Source: Dickeya dadantii NCPPB 898 (GTDB taxonomy: Bacteria; Pseudomonadota; Gammaproteobacteria; Enterobacterales; Enterobacteriaceae). Taken from it: 32,000 nucleotides of DNA. Made by a program: the position numbers and the translations under genes. Shown in pieces: positions 26,446 to 32,000 of this stretch (position 1 is its first letter; each line of letters opens with the position of its first letter). The DNA lies in contig NZ_CM001976.1 in the NCBI RefSeq assembly GCF_000406145.1, positions 4,207,472 through 4,239,471 on the forward strand. The letters run 5' to 3'. The notes under the pieces are model-generated. The model saw nothing but the letters and a program-made list of their open reading frames with translations, was not told where the DNA came from and ran no database searches.

Positions 26446-26501
26446 CAATCATCGCTAAACAATCACCGCTAAACAGTCATCGCTAAATAATCATCGTCAG
26501 G
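26446..26501 (-). repeat. 4 x 14-bp tandem repeat in the nifD-nifK intercistronic spacer
   Basis: Plus-strand units are caatcatcgctaaa, caatcaccgctaaa, cagtcatcgctaaa and taatcatcgtcagg. The last unit overlaps the nifD stop. Confidence 0.85.
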
Positions 26502-27945
26502 CGGACTTCAGCCACGGGGCGGTTAATTCGCTCCAGCTAGGGTTATTGAGCGTCATGTCCATGTCGCGGGCAAAAATGGCGAAGCCGTCATAGCCGTGGT
26601 ACGGACCGGAGTAGTCCCAGGAGTGCATCTGGCGGAACGGCACCCCCATCTTCTGAAAGATGTACTTTTCTTTGATGCCGGAACCGATCAGGTCCGGTTT
26701 CAGCGCCTTGACGAAGGCTTCCAGCTCGTAACTGCTGGCGTCGTCAAACATCAGCGTGCCTTCCTTCAGATCCGGCAACGTGCGGTCGTAATCGTCGTTG
26801 TGACCAAATTCGTAGCCGGTGCCGATGATCTCCATACCGAGATCTTCATACGCACCGATAATGTGGCGCGGCCGCAGCCCGCCGAGGTACAGCATCACCT
26901 TGCGCCCTTCCAGCCGTGGGCGGTATTTGGCGATCACCGCCTCGGTCTGGGCCTGATACCGGGCGATCACCGCCTCGGCGTTTTGCTGGATGCTGTCATC
27001 GAACTGCGCGGCGATTTTGCGCAGCGACTCGGCGATCTTGGTCGGACCGAAAAAGTTGTATTCCATCCACGGAATGCCGTGTTTTTCCTCCATGTGGCGC
27101 GAGATGTAGTTCATCGACCGGTAGCAATGCACCAGATTCAGCTTCACGTGGGGGGTGTTTTCCATCTCCACCAGCGTGCCGTCGCCGGACCACTGCGCCA
27201 CCACCCGCAGCCCCATTTCTTCCAGCAGAATGCGCGAGGCCCAGGCGTCGCCGCCGATGTTGTAGTCGCCGATAATCGCCACGTCATAGGGTGTGGATTC
27301 GAACGGTTTACCGTCGCGGTTATCCAGCACCCAGTCGCGGATCACGTCGTTGGCGATGTGGTGCCCCAGCGACTGCGACACGCCTCGAAACCCTTCGCAG
27401 CGCACCGGCACCACCGGTTTGCCGATGGCTTTGCGGCTGGCGTTGGCGACGGCTTCGATGTCGTCGCCGATCAGTCCTACCGGGCACTCCGACTGGATGG
27501 AAATGCCCTTGGTCAACGGGAACAACTGCTCCAGTTCCTCGATCAGCTTGGTGAGCTTTTTATCGCCGCCGAACACGATGTCTTTCTCCTGAAAATCAGA
27601 GGTGAAATTCAGGGTACTGAAACTGTTCACACCGCTGACGCCGGTGTAATAGTTGCGGCGTCCGGCGCGGGAATACTGCCCGCAGCCGATCGGCCCGTGA
27701 GAGATGTGGGCCATGTCCTTGATCGGGCCGAACACCACGCCCTTGGAGCCGGCGTAGGCACAGCCGCGCACGGTCATCACCCCCGGCTGGGATTTGCGGT
27801 TGGACACCAAGCATTTGCCCACGCCGTCCATCGCCGGGTCGGTCACCATCATGTGTTTTTTGCGCTCTTTGCGCGCTTTTTCAGGGAAAATCTCCAGCAC
27901 TTCCTGGATGATCGCCTGATTACGTTCACTGGTTGCGTTTGTCAT
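26497..27945 (-). CDS. nifD: NifD, nitrogenase MoFe protein alpha chain
   Basis: [70 protein letters not shown].. is nearly identical to K. pneumoniae NifD. Confidence 0.98.
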   Translation of the reverse strand: MTNATSERNQAIIQEVLEIFPEKARKERKKHMMVTDPAMDGVGKCLVSNRKSQPGVMTVRGCAYAGSKGVVFGPIKDMAHISHGPIGCGQYSRAGRRNYYTGVSGVNSFSTLNFTSDFQEKDIVFGGDKKLTKLIEELEQLFPLTKGISIQSECPVGLIGDDIEAVANASRKAIGKPVVPVRCEGFRGVSQSLGHHIANDVIRDWVLDNRDGKPFESTPYDVAIIGDYNIGGDAWASRILLEEMGLRVVAQWSGDGTLVEMENTPHVKLNLVHCYRSMNYISRHMEEKHGIPWMEYNFFGPTKIAESLRKIAAQFDDSIQQNAEAVIARYQAQTEAVIAKYRPRLEGRKVMLYLGGLRPRHIIGAYEDLGMEIIGTGYEFGHNDDYDRTLPDLKEGTLMFDDASSYELEAFVKALKPDLIGSGIKEKYIFQKMGVPFRQMHSWDYSGPYHGYDGFAIFARDMDMTLNNPSWSELTAPWLKSA

Positions 27946-28004
27946 TCCGTCTTTCCTTCATGCTTCGCCAGGCGCCCGTCTCACGGCCGCCGGCGTGGGG
28001 GTCG

Positions 28005-28928
<924 letters not shown>

Positions 28929-28936
28929 TCAAGGAG

Positions 28937-28953
28937 TGCAGGGAACGTACCAG
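28937..28953 (-). promoter_or_regulatory. Sigma54 -24/-12 promoter of nifHDKTY
   Basis: The minus strand reads CTGGTACGTTCCCTGCA. This is essentially the Klebsiella nifH promoter (CTGGTATGTTCCCTGCA as I recall it). Confidence 0.8.
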
Positions 28954-28965
28954 CCGGGCCAAATC

Positions 28966-28978
28966 AATCAACTAATTG
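28966..28978. promoter_or_regulatory. Candidate IHF site between the nifH promoter and UAS
   Basis: AATCAACTAATTG fits WATCAANNNNTTR. It sits in an AT-rich tract between the -24 element and the UAS. Confidence 0.45.
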
Positions 28979-29047
28979 ATTTATTTTGGTTTTTAAAAAT
29001 CACCAGCCGCCGCGACAGCACAGAGACAAGACAATCGGCAGACCAAT

Positions 29048-29063
29048 TGTTGGAAAAGGGACA
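29048..29063. promoter_or_regulatory. NifA UAS (TGT-N10-ACA) for nifH
   Basis: Exact TGTTGGAAAAGGGACA, about 100 bp upstream of the nifH -24 element. Confidence 0.7.
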
Positions 29064-29083
29064 ATCGGGAAAGATGAGCGTGA

Positions 29084-32000
<2,917 letters not shown>

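Overview
This window is a Klebsiella-type (Enterobacterales) nitrogen-fixation regulon. The gene order is nifQ-nifB | nifA-nifL (minus strand) | nifF (plus) | nifM-Z-W-V-S-U | nifX-N-E | nifY-T-K-D-H (all minus) | nifJ (plus, runs off the 3' edge). Gene calls rest on my recollection of the K. pneumoniae Nif protein sequences. Start codons were chosen at the homologous N-termini and at coupling overlaps, not at the longest ORF. RpoN (sigma54) -24/-12 promoters can be read for all seven operons: nifB, nifLA, nifF, nifU, nifE, nifH and nifJ. Exact TGT-N10-ACA NifA upstream activator sequences (UAS) can be read for nifB, nifU, nifE, nifH and nifJ; none was found for nifF, and nifLA has an NtrC-type site instead.

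The regulon is interrupted only at operon junctions, by three foreign modules:
- An adaptive-response pair (Ada-AlkA fusion plus Ogt) lies between nifF and nifM.
- A visibly AT-rich island between nifU and nifX carries a PG-binding/GH24 muramidase, an overlapping secreted immunity-like protein, an orphan Hcp and a small membrane ORF.
- A mosaic block between nifE and nifY carries an MCP, a lipoprotein with an STN-like domain, and hipBA with twin palindromes.

Two nif genes look damaged. nifQ is 3'-truncated against an IS110-family transposase fragment. nifJ is split by a +1 frameshift in a T8 run.

Five short tandem-repeat arrays (13-21 bp units) sit at cistron or operon junctions. One of them reads as back-to-back mini-ORFs between nifD and nifK.

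No rRNA, tRNA or CRISPR was seen. GC statements are by eye. No searches or computations were run.
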